A stretch of DNA of 64,000 nt, from the NCBI GenBank assembly GCA_951406725.2, contig OX597815.1, positions 131,812,001 through 131,876,000 of the forward strand, written 5' to 3'. Source of the stretch: Octopus vulgaris (taxonomy: Eukaryota). This document shows positions 1-12,316 of the stretch, piece by piece (positions within the stretch are counted from its first letter, which is position 1; each line of letters begins with the position of its first letter). The notes beneath the pieces were generated by a model, which was not told the DNA's origin, did not search any database, and saw only the letters and a list, made by a program, of their open reading frames with translations. The position numbers were made by a program, and so were the translations under genes.

Positions 1-24
1 ATGACTCGATTCTCATTGCTGCTA

Positions 25-560
25 TCAGTTCCTCCAGTGCCCTCGAGCACAGTGGGCAGTAAACTGACATTACCAGTTTGTGTTGGTTGCGGTTTTCTCA
101 GTATCCCGCAATGCGATATCAGCCTTTCTCAGCTCAGTTATGAATGTCCTGTACTACGTAACTTTAGGTCTTCTCTTTCTCCCTTCGGTGACCTCCATCT
201 AAAAGTTGTTTAAGAATGGAATTGTTCTGCTAGTTGAAGTATGTGGTCTGCTGGTTCTAATCTTCGTTCTGTGATGATTTCGCTAAGTGGTTTCTTATCG
301 ACTCTCTTTAGGATATCTTCATTTAGAATATGGCCATGGCAGTATATTCTCAAAATGCATCTCTAGTATCTTTCGAGAAGCACATCTCGCGTTCTGTCAA
401 TTTTCATTGTGCTTTTCTATGTCTCACTGCTAGCGAGAACTGGTGCTAGAACTCTGCTATTATATCGATAGCAAATTTCGAATTAGCGCACTATCCATTT
501 TATTTGCTCGTAAAACTTAAACAAAAGCTATGCCTTAATGCTTCCAGTTACCTTGACACA
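25..560 (-). mobile_element. Degenerate RTE-clade LINE, ORF 3' end
   Basis: Manual minus-strand translation with stops/frameshift gives RYNSRVLAPVLASSET*K...RCILRIY..ILNEDILKR..KPLSEIITERRL..DHIL...RRPKVT*YRT..TEL...NW*. This matches the RTE C-terminal LYGSETW/RRLRW.GH/RGRP pattern. Confidence 0.7.
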
Positions 561-718
561 AAGAACATTCAACCAAATATCTTGAACAAACAAAGTTGAC
601 ACATTTCCATATAAAATGCTATTGCATGATTAAAATGACTCTGGTTAAAAGGTTTTCCTGAAGGTTCTCTTGGTGATAAACAATATTATTTAACACTTAA
701 CTTGTAGACAGATATCGC

Positions 719-751
<33 letters not shown>

Positions 752-756
<5 letters not shown>

Positions 757-937
757 AAATAAGCAACATTACAAAATAAACATTACCTCTGGATATCCTT
801 GTTGCTTATTTTGATTTTAATCACCTACCTTACTTTGAAATTGTATGGATAATACCGTACTAAATTCTGGTGCCTCAACTTATGTACCATATTCATCTGA
901 ATCTAAACTTTTGCTGAATACATCTACCAAACTCAAA

Positions 938-938
<1 letters not shown>
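752..938. repeat. Short (TA)n-flanked element remnant with 16-bp inverted repeat
   Basis: ATCAAAATAAGCAACA ... TGTTGCTTATTTTGAT (about 752-815), bounded by TA tracts on both sides; resembles a PLE terminal remnant. Confidence 0.4.
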
Positions 939-1028
<90 letters not shown>

Positions 1029-1104
1029 CCGCCATGTTAAATCGTTAGCTCCAGCATGCATTTTTTTTCTCTCCTTGTTTCTCTCCGTGTTTCTTTTCTG
1101 TGTA

Positions 1105-1142
1105 TCTTTCTGTTGAAGAGCGTAGGCTCGAAACGTAAAAGA
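1105..1142 (+). ncRNA. Minimal type I hammerhead ribozyme motif (PLE-type), one core substitution
   Basis: TCTTT-CTGTTGA-A-GAGC-gtag-GCTC-GAAAC-GTA-AAAGA: stem I TCTTT/AAAGA, stem II GAGC/GCTC, GUA cleavage triplet, vestigial stem III. Core is CUGUUGA instead of CUGAUGA. Confidence 0.65.
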
Positions 1143-1238
1143 CTTGTTTTATTTCTATTCCTGAGCGCAATACTAATGCAATTCTTTGTTTGTACTCCAC
1201 CTGCCTTCGTCTTTTGTTTCTTTTCGTAAAGCTTCCCG

Positions 1239-1286
<48 letters not shown>

Positions 1287-1404
1287 TTGATATTCATTGA
1301 ATAATAATAATAATAATAATATATATATATATATATATATATATTATTATTATTATTAAGAAAATGGAGAAATTCAATGAATATAAATAATTTTTTGAAT
1401 TGTG

Positions 1405-1530
1405 TCAGTCATTTGACCATGGCCATGCCGGAGCACCACCTTTAGTCGAGCAAATCGACATCTGGACTTATTCTTTGTAAGCCTAGTACTTATTCTTTCG
1501 GTCTCTTTTGCCGAACCGCTAAGTTACGGT
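1405..1530 (-). mobile_element. SINE 3' tail fragment (CORE-type family)
   Basis: Reverse complement matches the tail of the SINE copy at 29370-29740 (tactagg..tacaaagaataagtcc..gactaaaggtggtgct..gcatggc). Confidence 0.65.
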
Positions 1531-1601
1531 GAGTTGTAATATGTATAAGAAAATAAAAAAGGAAATGCACGCCCAATACAGAGTTTTAATTTGCTATATA
1601 C

Positions 1602-1662
<61 letters not shown>

Positions 1663-1663
<1 letters not shown>

Positions 1664-2125
1664 GAGGGCATTATTATACATACATGCCTCACGCTAAGAG
1701 GGACATTAGTCATTTCTACCAAAAATTTTACTAATCATACGCAATGCAATTTTTCAAAGCAAGACATTTAAAAAAATGAATTTAGTCTTGTATCACCTGT
1801 GATTTCGTACTTACCGCAGAGTTGCGACCGTACTCATCAGCAAGACTGATTTTGAACATATCATAAATAAACGACCTGTACCGCCAAAGCCGAACAGCCA
1901 ACTGCTCCACTCCAACGAAGCACATGGGGAAGTTTACATATAATACATCCGGTAAATGGCGGGCTTCTTCGAATTGCATTTCGGTTAGAAAATGTTTTTT
2001 CGGAATAAAATTATTTAACAATTAAGGATAACTTCTTAATAAGGAATCTTAACAAGAAATTATCAGGTAGATAGCGTGAAAAACCTCATAAGAGAAAAAT
2101 TTCGAAGTTATCCTTAATTGTTAAA

Positions 2126-2130
<5 letters not shown>
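1663..2130 (-). mobile_element. Non-autonomous HHR-bearing PLE-like element in (TA)n
   Basis: Flanked by TA tracts; contains an intact HHR (1784-1847) and a perfect 27-bp inverted repeat (2009-2035 / 2104-2130) at one end. Confidence 0.6.
1784..1847 (-). ncRNA. Type I hammerhead ribozyme, intact core
   Basis: Reverse complement: AGTCTTG-CTGATGA-GTAC-ggt-CGCA-actc-TGCG-gtaa-GTAC-GAAA-TCA-cagg-TGA-TA-CAAGACT. 7-bp stem I, G-C closed stem II, 4-bp stem III, AUA cleavage triplet. Confidence 0.9.
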
Positions 2131-2184
<54 letters not shown>

Positions 2185-2199
2185 CAGTATTAATAAAAT

Positions 2200-2327
2200 A
2201 GATGGAATGTGTATTAGACCCGTTCTGTGTCTCTTCGGGTACATCAATAAAAAATCTCACAAGAGATTTCCTGAGTCGGCTTACTGCCACTATGTGGATG
2301 TGCTACTTACAACACACCCACTTCCAA

Positions 2328-2328
<1 letters not shown>
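2200..2328 (-). repeat. Short repeat with partial HHR-like motif (CCGAAGA-GAC..GTC), related to 4891-5020
   Basis: Shares gatggaatgt, ccgttctgtgt.tcttcg.gtacatcaataaaaa.tctca and gtcggc.tac with 4891-5020. Confidence 0.5.
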
Positions 2329-2373
<45 letters not shown>

Positions 2374-2424
2374 GTATATGTATATATATATATATTTATA
2401 TGTATATATATATATATGTATATG

Positions 2425-2498
<74 letters not shown>

Positions 2499-2709
2499 TA
2501 TATATATGTATATATATATATATATATATGTAAAGAAAAATAAGTTGGCTAGCAGCGAGCTGTTTCGCCTCATACCGAAGGAATTAGAAATGGCAGTCAA
2601 ATACCCTTTTTTTCATTTCTATAAGTGGAGATTCCAAAAACGAAGGCCCTTGGGGCTCACATACACAAAACCGGAGTGGCAAATATACGAATTCAGTCAC
2701 TTACCGTTA

Positions 2710-2778
2710 ATAGCGAACACGGTGTTTCTGGATCACAAACTTAAAAAAGGGGAGTTTGAATTCCTTCTTCAGCGCTAT
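2710..2778 (-). ncRNA. Type I hammerhead ribozyme (repeat copy 1)
   Basis: Reverse complement: ATAGCG-CTGAAGA-A-GGA-att-CAAACT-loop-AGTTTG-tga-TCC-A-GAAA-CACCGTG-TT-CGCTAT. 6-bp stem I, quasi-palindromic stem III, GUU triplet. Atypical A-A mismatch at the base of stem II. Confidence 0.75.
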
Positions 2779-3261
2779 ATTCGTTAGCTTTATCAAATGC
2801 CACCAGCCCTCACTTCTGACCCAGCGACATCAGATAGTGGGGGGAAGTGCGCAGATGCTAAAACCAAGTAACGACTGGGAACGTAAATTTTCCCTCCAAA
2901 ATTCTGCCATGCGCGCCTTCTGGGTAATCGTAATGGAATGAGGAATCCACATGGTAATACAATAAAAATGGTAAATAATTTTCCTGTGGTTTTTCATGTA
3001 ACCAACAATTATTTACCGGTAAATTTCGGTATGTAAATACGACAAAATAATTGTCAAGACCTTTGTAAGGTTCAGTATATAGTAAAGAAAAATAAGTTGG
3101 CTAGCAGCGAGCTGTTTCGCCTCATACCGAAGGAATTAGAAATGGCAGTCAAAGACCCTTTTTTTCATTTCTATAAGTGGAGATTCCAAAAACGAAGGCC
3201 CTTGGGGCTCACATACACAAAACCGGAGTGGCAAATATACGAATTCAGTCACTTACCGTTA

Positions 3262-3331
3262 ATAGCGAACACGGTGTTTCTGGATCACAAACTTAAAAAA
3301 AGGGGAGTTTGAATTCCTTCTTCAGCGCTAT
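3262..3331 (-). ncRNA. Type I hammerhead ribozyme (repeat copy 2)
   Basis: Same motif as 2710-2778, with one extra base in the stem II loop. Confidence 0.75.
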
Positions 3332-3366
3332 ATTCGTTAGCTTTATCAAATGCCACCAGCCCTCAC

Positions 3367-3940
<574 letters not shown>

Positions 3941-4009
3941 CGCCACACATACATTTCCAAGTAAGTTTATATTAACATTTTTGATGCGGCACTAATCAAT
4001 ACTGTGGTC

Positions 4010-5480
4010 TTCCTCCGTCCTTCTCTAATTCCTTTTTTCTCCCTTTCCCTCCTTCCCCGTTTTCTGTCTCTCTCTCTCTCCCTCTTTCTCTTTTTCTCTC
4101 TGTCATTTCTCACACGTGGCCAAAGTCCAGCTTTCCTCCCCTTCACAGACGTTCAAAGGACTGGACGCTTTATTTCCCTCTCTTCTATCTTTTCTCTTTT
4201 CAAAGAAAATTTTTCTTGCAGTGTTCACTATTTTCCTCTTGTTCTGGTCTAACAACGGTTTTCTTGTATATCTCCACTGTCCTGTTTTTGTTACCAGCTT
4301 TGATCCTCCATAAATCCTAAATTTATTTCTGAATTTTCGGGAGCAACTGTATTTGAAGACTCATATTGTCGTTGAATTCTCGAAATGAGGAGTAGATAGA
4401 CAGCCGAAAACTGATTACGGGTCGTTCTGTGTGTTTACGTGTCCTATTTAATTCGTTTGTTTTCGTTTTTAACGTTGCTTACACAGTTGATATATATATA
4501 TGTATATATATCATGGAGAAAATATACAAAATGCATAAATAGATGCCTAATGTACCGGCACAGTTTCAATTACATGTTGTAATTCGTAGATTCGTTGCAG
4601 GAACTTCGTAGTGGCGGTGTGGGTAACGGTATTGATAAAACAGAAGGCGGCGAGCTGGCAGAAACGTTAGCACGCCGGGCGAAATGCTTAGCGGTATTTC
4701 GTCTGCGTTACGTTGTGAGTTCAAATTCCGCCGAGGTCGACTTTGCCTTTCATCCTTTTGGGGTCGATAAATTAAGTACCAGTTACGCACTGGGGTCGAT
4801 ATAATCGACTTAATACCTATGTCTGTCCATGTTTGTCCCCTCTGTGTTTAGCCCCTTGTGGGTAATAAAGAAATAGGTATTGATAAAACAGATGGAATGT
4901 AAAATAGATCTTATTGGCTACAACAGATGTTTCGATCCGTTCTGTGTATCTTCGTGTACATCAATAAAAAGTCTCAGTAGAGAGTTGCTGTGTCGGCATA
5001 CGTACCGCTATATGTCCATCAAATTCTAGAATGAGTAAAAATATTATTGAAACGCAAAAAATTCAAATATGAACGTAGAAAGTATACATTCGGGTTTATA
5101 GAAAATGACGTAATAACCCTTGGTTGTTGTAACTGTTAAGAGAAAGAAAAGGAAATAGAAGTTGAAAGGAAGATAATACTTAGAGAATTTTTTTTGCGTT
5201 CGTGCTTACAAGAAAACCGTCGTTAGACCAGAACAAGGGGAACATAGAGAACGCTGGAAGAAATATCTTGTTTGAAAAGAGAAAAGATAGAAGAGAGAGA
5301 AATAAAGCGTCCAGTCCTTTGAACTGTAAAGGAAAAGAATGATGGTCACATGAGGAAAAGAAAGATGGACGATGGTCATGTGGGAGAAATGACAGAGAGA
5401 AAAATAGAAAGAGGGAGAGAGACTGAAAACGGGGGAAAAGGGAAAGGGAGAAAAAGGGAATTAGAGAAGGACAGACACAA
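4010..5480. repeat. Pair of inverted ~270-bp CT-rich repeats (about 4010-4270 and 5205-5480)
   Basis: ttcaaaggactggacgctttattt...ctggtctaac.acggttttcttgta recurs in reverse complement at 5205-5325. Confidence 0.75.
4646..4875 (+). mobile_element. tRNA-derived SINE with Meta/MESC-like central domain; 17-bp TSD
   Basis: GGCGGCGAGCTGGCAGAA head, B-box GAGTTCAAATTCC, central GCCTTTCATCCTTT.GGGGTCGATAAA.TAAGTACCAG. TSD GGTATTGATAAAACAGA at 4628-4644 and 4876-4892. Confidence 0.9.
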
Positions 5481-6321
5481 ACGCAGACAAACGGATAGAC
5501 AGATGGACATACACACCCACAGACACACACACACACACACACGCACGCATACATACACACATAGGAGTGAGTGGAGAAACGAAAGAAAAGTTTACTCAAC
5601 ACGTTTATTTGGTGTTACATATATTGCTATTTCAAACAATTTTCTTCGGTTCTATGCGACTTAGAATTTTGTAAGATTCTAACGGATTACCGAATAGAAA
5701 AATACAGGAAGTCCAATGTTGCTACTGCAAAATGGGCTGCTATTGGTCGAGACGGATGGCATGGTGTTATTAGGACATGAGATCGGCATTTAAGCGACAC
5801 CAGATGTCTTAGGAAAGAAATTCTCTTGGACCGCGTCACTGGTGAAGCTATGGTGTCTGACAGGCCTAGGAAACCGAGAAATCAAGGTAAACGTTCTGAG
5901 TAAAACACTTCTTTTTACATTCCTCCAGTTCTCTCAGCAGGTAAAAATGTACCCATTCTCCACTTCTGTACAGGTTCGGAAAATATGAACCCCACAGAAC
6001 CAGGGAACCCGGTATTAAGAGCCTATAGCTCTGGAAGGACGTTTGGTACTTTATATATATTCTTTATCTATATTCTTATATATACACCAGTATGCAGGTG
6101 TATACATCGGATATATATGTACATTTAAATATATATGCAGAGGATATATGTGTGCGTGTATGTGTGTCTGTGGGTATGTCTGTGTGTATAAATACACACC
6201 CACACCCATACACTTATATATATAAAACATCAACATTTTAGATCGGTTTCCTTCCATGCTGACGTATAGAGGAAGTCAGGGCAAGGAAAACGATGTAGAT
6301 ATGTGTGTATGTGTGTGTTTT

Positions 6322-6402
<81 letters not shown>

Positions 6403-7322
6403 GAGGAATACTGGCAGAAATGCTTGGTTCAGAGATCTCACAATCTCAAAATTTTATCTGATCGTTCGGTCGCGTCATTGCTGAGTTTATGTCCAACGAT
6501 CGGATGAATTTTACGCCTATGAAGCTTTCAGTGAGATGGCAATCAGCTTAAAGCTGTAAATCAGTCTCTCACCACCACTCTTTTTGTATGTCTCTCGCTT
6601 TCTCCTCCTCTCTCTCTACTTCACACACAATACACACATAGTTACGTAAAGACAAACTCAAAATAGAAATGCACAAACACACCCACACGTACTTGTTTTT
6701 ACTCGAAAGTTACACTGTTTCATTCACATTGATGCGTAAATCGAACCGCCTCCATGATGACGTAGTAATATACATTTGTCTGCTTTTCCAATGCCTATGA
6801 TGAATCATCTACAAACACATTGAATATTTTGAGGCAGTAGCTTGTTGCACGATATACTATGTTTATAAAATATTTTCTCTTTTCATTTTAATTTGCGGGT
6901 CCTACCTTCACGATTGTTTCATTCATATATGCACAAAATCACAACAGTTTCGACTTTTTGAAATGATTATTACTCTCAGTGATTAAACATCTCAATTTGA
7001 TTAACTTATTGCACCACTTTACTGTTTGCCCATAACCCGTTATCTGACCAAAGCGTTTTCATATATTTATCCTAAACGTCCATTTTTGCTTTCAGACTTT
7101 CAGTCAGCCTTTTGTTTCATACGTTCTAAGTAATATATTGCGTTCTTTTTATAAGCCCCAAGTTACTTTAGTGGTTTAAATAACACAGAATGTGCATCAT
7201 ATAGAGTGCATGATACAGAGCACTGGCACAGGGCTAAAACAAGGTCCCAGGTATTCAGCTGGTCTCTTACAAATATATTCCTTTTGTGACTGTGGTTTAC
7301 GTTCATTATTTTCACAAACTAA

Positions 7323-7535
7323 GGCGGCAATCTGGCAGAAACATTAGCACGCCGGGCGAAATGCTTAGCGGTATTTCATCTGTCTTTACTGAGTTCAAAT
7401 TTCGCCGAGGTCGACTTTGCCTTTCATCCTTTCGGGGTCGATAAATTAATTACCAGTTGCGTACTGGGATCGATCTAATCGACTGGTCCCCTCCCTCAAA
7501 ATTTCGGGCCATGTACCTAGAGTACAAAAGATTAT
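7323..7535 (+). mobile_element. Meta-domain tRNA SINE
   Basis: Same head and central domain as 4646-4875, alternative tail. Confidence 0.85.
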
Positions 7536-7644
7536 TATCACAAATTCGAGCCCATTATTCAAAGTATATTAGATGGTTCTTATTCCGTTCTCCATACCGA
7601 ATACTACGCTTAAACTTCTCATACTATTAAATACAAATATTGAT

Positions 7645-7845
7645 TTCAAAATTTGGCACAAAGCCAGCAAGTTCGGGGGTGGATGTAAGACGATTACATC
7701 GACGCCATTGTTAAACTTTTTATCGAAAACGAGATGCTGAAAGGCAGAGTCGACCTCGGTGGAAATTGAAATCTGCTCGTGAAGACTGACGAAATGCCGC
7801 TAAGCATTTTGTTCGAGGTACTAACGGTTCTGCCAATTCGCTGCT
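7645..7845 (-). mobile_element. Meta-domain tRNA SINE, diverged
   Basis: Reverse-complement match (gtcgacctcggtggaaattgaa, gacgaaatgccgctaagcattt, ttctgcca). Confidence 0.7.
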
Positions 7846-9511
7846 TTATTGAGTACAAATATAATATTCGTGCATATGATTCCACACACGCGTTGTGCTT
7901 ATGCCAAAGTATCTCTAATCAACCGATCCACTGACTTAACTAACTTAAATGAAGTCAACCGTTCAGTCTTATGACTAAACTAGCAGACGGCTAATAGTAT
8001 TTTATGTATAAACAAGAGCACTCGGAGAGTGCAAGCCTCCGCTTTCAACACCAACGTCCTCTCAACGATTAGCCGAAAAGGAATTTTAAAATGTGAATAT
8101 CTGACATAAACTCGTCTGCTCTCGCAAACGAGAATACTAAAAATGAAACCAACCGCCCTCAAAAATTAAGTACAAAAATTAAAACGGAAAAATAATCCAC
8201 AATCCTTGTCCTGTACGCGATTGATCTCAAAATCTAATCAGTTCATGTCAATCACGAGGCCAAATGACACATACAAACATTCATATACTTCCCTTGTGCA
8301 CGCACACACATAAGCACATGTACACACACAGATTTGAAACACTGATTCTTTTCACCCCTTCCTTTCTCTCGTTGCTATTACTTTTTCTCGCTCCCCCTCA
8401 GTGAGCGCTATTACTCTCACTACGTCTCCCTCAATGAATTACCATTTTTTCTTCCCCGCACCCAGCGTGATTGGGGACAAGTATATTTATATATATATAT
8501 ACAATTAAGTTAAATACTACGCTCATTAGTATATTAGGAGTTAACCGCATGCCAAAAATAGAATTTACTGTAATCATATCAGATGTAGTATGTATTGCAA
8601 ATACAGAAAGGACAGTATTCATAGACAAGGTTTGTTTAAATCTATTCATTTTCCTACGACTCGATTAATAATGGTTGCATTGCTGACTTTAGGAATAGAT
8701 AGTATTTATATAAGTTGTATTATCATTGTTTAAATCAACCTATAAATATGGGTGTAACCATAAACTGAAAGATCATATCTTTCACTTGCGTAACATAACC
8801 GTAGTGACACTGGGAACTCAAGCAGAATTAGATACAAGTTGTATACGAATGAGAGAACACCGGTATATAAAGTATATCATGCTGCAGATTTGTCTATTGC
8901 AGATACATGCTTCAAATAAGAAACCCAGTCAATTCAACAAAATCTTGAAGAAGATACGCAGCATCATTGAAATTCGTGAAATGTAGATTAACACAACACA
9001 AATAACCAACTCTATGAATCAGTTTTCTTTACTATTTTTCTCTCCATTTTCTTTACCAATAATTCATATCATGTTTATTATCTGTTTTCTGCACGTTTCT
9101 CTATTTTTTCTTCAATGCGTCAAACGCAAGGCGTGTCTGTCTCAATGCTCTTACTATTTATATTCTTTTCTTTCACACTTGTCATTGTCCGAGACTGTAT
9201 CTTGCGTTCATCCCGGTTCTCATTCTCTAAAACTGGTTGTTGTCTCGTCTTTTAGGCTTTTCACAATAATACATTCGACTTCTTTCTCAATTTAAGATTA
9301 TGCCTGACTCGTTGCAATCATCGTCGTTTACTATCTGATTAGAGTAACCGGCTTTAAATTGTTCACACTTTTCTCTCCCTTTCTCTCCCCTCTCTCCTAC
9401 CTGTCTCTCTCTTTCTCTATCTCCCCTCTCTCCCCCGTTCTATCTCTCGCTCTCGCTTACTAAAGCTCTCATTCTCTTTCTCTATTTCTGTAATGTTTAA
9501 ATATATACATT

Positions 9512-9551
<40 letters not shown>

Positions 9552-9579
9552 CGCGTGTGTGTGTTTGTGTGTCTATATA

Positions 9580-10345
9580 GGCTTTCTGAAAGTTGCTTAC
9601 ATGCATATAAATGCACTTTCGCACAATACAATGGTTGTAATGTGAGTTTGGTTGTCAGGTGTTTTTGGAGGGAATGTGTTGATGATTTTGACGTTGGTGT
9701 TTAGCTCGTATGTAAACGTTCGCATATTATTCAGGTCACCCTTGGATTGGATCACTCCCGGCGACCCGGTGAAGAAAAAATAATTTCGGTTTTAGCTCTC
9801 TTGCGTTGCCTCACAGATAAGGGTAAAAGAGTTAGCGCATTTAATGTATAAGTACTGGGTGCTGCAGTTCTTGCTGCTCAGTTTAGAGTTGTAGAATATG
9901 ATTTTGAAGGTTTTTCTCTTAACTATACTGTGGTGTCTAAGAGAGTTTTCATCTAATATATTATCAAAGGCTTTAGGAATGGCAGGTTTGTTTTTATAGT
10001 AGGGTGGGTTGTACTAACATGTTTGGCGTTTCCTCACGTTGTTGTTATTTGTAATTGCACGGGTTTTCGTGTGTTTGTGGAAGGCTCAGTGCTCTGCGGT
10101 TCATCAAGAGTTACTCATCCATCATTCCTATTATTAAATCGAAGATTATAGCAGTTCTTATGTGTATGAATGGTATGATTATTTCTAGAAGTTTGTTATT
10201 TAGTGGATATATTCTAGTTATTGCTCCCACTTGTATGCAACAATTAGTACTCAAGACCACTGTAAGTTTAGGGTTATTATAGTATGGCTTTATACTATTG
10301 TTTCGTCATAACCACCACTTTTAAGGGCTTGGTTACAATATTCAC
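9580..10345 (-). mobile_element. Penelope-like element relic (thumb/linker region)
   Basis: Minus strand gives NQALKSGGYDETIV and RKRQTC*YNPPYYKN, matching the PLE YQ.AL..SGY and RKR.IIWFNPPY motifs. Confidence 0.6.
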
Positions 10346-10406
10346 CGTGGGTATAGAGGCATATATAGTCATACATGTGCATATATGTAAACATGCGTGT
10401 AAATGC

Positions 10407-10446
<40 letters not shown>

Positions 10447-10850
10447 GTATGTATTGGGATACTTGAAACAAAACCTATATTAAAAAATTGAAGGGAACTA
10501 CGGTATGACTTCTAAAAGACATATAGAGGACACATGGAAAAGATACCTCGGTAGTTGTTTCCTAATTTGGACCAAATCCCTAAAAAAGCTGAAAGAATTC
10601 GGCAACCCACTCAACAATCTGCCCGCTAGTCTGAAATTCACGAGAGAAATGAGCAACCCACAATTACCACTTCTTGACATAATGGTAATTAAAATCAACA
10701 CCGAAATCACAACTGATATTTATTACAAAAGCACAGATACATACCACTACCTATATTTCAAATCATGCCACTCAACACACAAGAAACGCAACATCCCGTA
10801 CTGTCTAATCAGGAAAATTTGTGCCATAGTAACCAAATATCAGGAATATA

Positions 10851-11485
10851 CAGGAGTTGTAAAAAATAATAGAAACACCTTAAAATTTCAAGCAAATATA
10901 TTATAATATGGGGTAGGACCACCTATGGAAGTAATTACAGCTTTAACTCTACGAGATATAGACTCGTACAAAGTTTGAATTGCTTTCAAAGGAATTTTTG
11001 TCCCTTCTTCAGCTAAAACAGTCTCCAGTTCTTGTAGTGATGATGGTGGAGGATATTTATACTTTTGTGATCCTTTCTAACAATTCGCGTAAGTATCCGA
11101 TGGTCCTTATCTGAAAGTTTTAGTTTCTTCCGGAGTTTTGTTTTGATGAGGCTCTTCCTTCTTTCTCAAAGGCTGTCATTACTTTCGAGACAGTACTTCT
11201 TGCTACACCAAATATTTCTGCTGTTTTCGTTGCGCTAGCGCCTTCCATACGAGCACCAACAATTTGATCTCTTTGTATGTCCGATAGATCTGTGATTTTA
11301 ATGAATTTTAATTACCTTTTTCTGATGATATCTGAAAAGAAACAGCAATTTTAGCAAAACATATTAAGCAACACCAGTAATAAATCAAAAACATAAAAAT
11401 AAACAAGCTTTTGACGGTTTTTATATATTTTAAAAGATTATGATGTTATGATGCTAGGGGTTTCTATTATTTTGTCCAACCTCTG
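10851..11485 (-). mobile_element. Internally deleted Tc1-family DNA transposon with TIRs and TA TSD
   Basis: TA|CAGGAGTTGTAAAAAATAATAGAAAC ... GTTTCTATTATTTTGTCCAACCTCTG|TA. Minus strand encodes TDLSDIQRDQIVGARMEGASATKTAEIFGVARSTVSKV (paired-like HTH) joined to the C-terminus LQELETVLAEE...LYESISRRVKAVI..GGPTPY; DDE domain missing. Confidence 0.9.
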
Positions 11486-12269
11486 TACAACTCATAGAAC
11501 TCAAAGACTTTCTGCTCAAGCAAAAATACCCTCCCTTACATACAAAAAAATAGCATATAGTGAGCAAAAGAGATTCCTATAAAACGACTTAGGACAAAAC
11601 GAAAAAGAAGAACCCATCAAGGGAACACAGTACCATTTCTAGTAACACACAATCGGCACTACGAACATATTTTAAATATTATCAAAACAAATTTGCCGAT
11701 CATAAAACAACTAGTCAAGCACTTATCTTAAGCAGCAGGCAACCGCATAACCTAAAGAAACTATTTACAAAGGCAAAATTCAACATGAACAAACAGGATA
11801 AAACATTCACAGTATCCAATAGTAAGGATAACAGATGTGAAGCGTATCAATGCATACATACGGGTAGATCCATTAGAACACAAAACGGACAGATTTTCAC
11901 AAATGCGGATATGAAGAGCAAAAGCAGAAATTCGGTCTACTGCATTAAATGCCCGGATTGCATGGATGTATATAGGCGAGACAGGGAATCCTTTAACGCT
12001 CATGAGTCCACAGACAACAAATTCGGGACACCACCTTTCGCCAAAGTCCATTGAGCAAGCATGTGGTCAGAAAATGTTTCTAATTTTTCCATTCCACAAA
12101 CTACATGACACAAGTGACGTTGGAAGAAAGATAACAGAAAAACGGTTTATTAACATGTTCAGACCACTTCTGAACGGAAATAACAGCAATAATATAACAA
12201 TCAGTTAACGATGTGGATTGAAAAATATCCTTAACATATGAATATAAACAAATTACGGAATATCAACGT

Positions 12270-12316
12270 TTCAAAGCTGATGATTAGGACCAAACGTATG
12301 AAAGCGCTAACTGAAC
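12270..12316 (+). ncRNA. Degenerate HHR in the 3' pseudo-LTR position of the Penelope element
   Basis: TTCAAAG-CTGATGA-(weak stem II)-GAAA-GCGC-TA-ACTGAA with palindromic AGCGCT stem III, ~65 nt after the GIY-YIG ORF stop. Confidence 0.5.

Larger units (their letters stand above)
2530..3366 (-). mobile_element. Retrozyme-like element: two 284-bp HHR-containing direct repeats flanking a 268-bp non-coding spacer
   Basis: Repeats at 2530-2813 and 3082-3366 differ by one substitution and one A indel. Each holds an HHR. The element sits directly between (TA)n tracts and has no recognisable protein ORF. Confidence 0.75.

Noticed and set aside
2416-3312. Duplicated peptide [18 protein letters not shown]... 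suggesting a tandem gene
   Set aside because: It is the antisense of the ribozyme-bearing repeat, frameshifted between copies, with no recognisable domain
4646-4735. tRNA-like A/B boxes here and in other SINE heads
   Set aside because: No complete cloverleaf or terminator; they continue into SINE bodies
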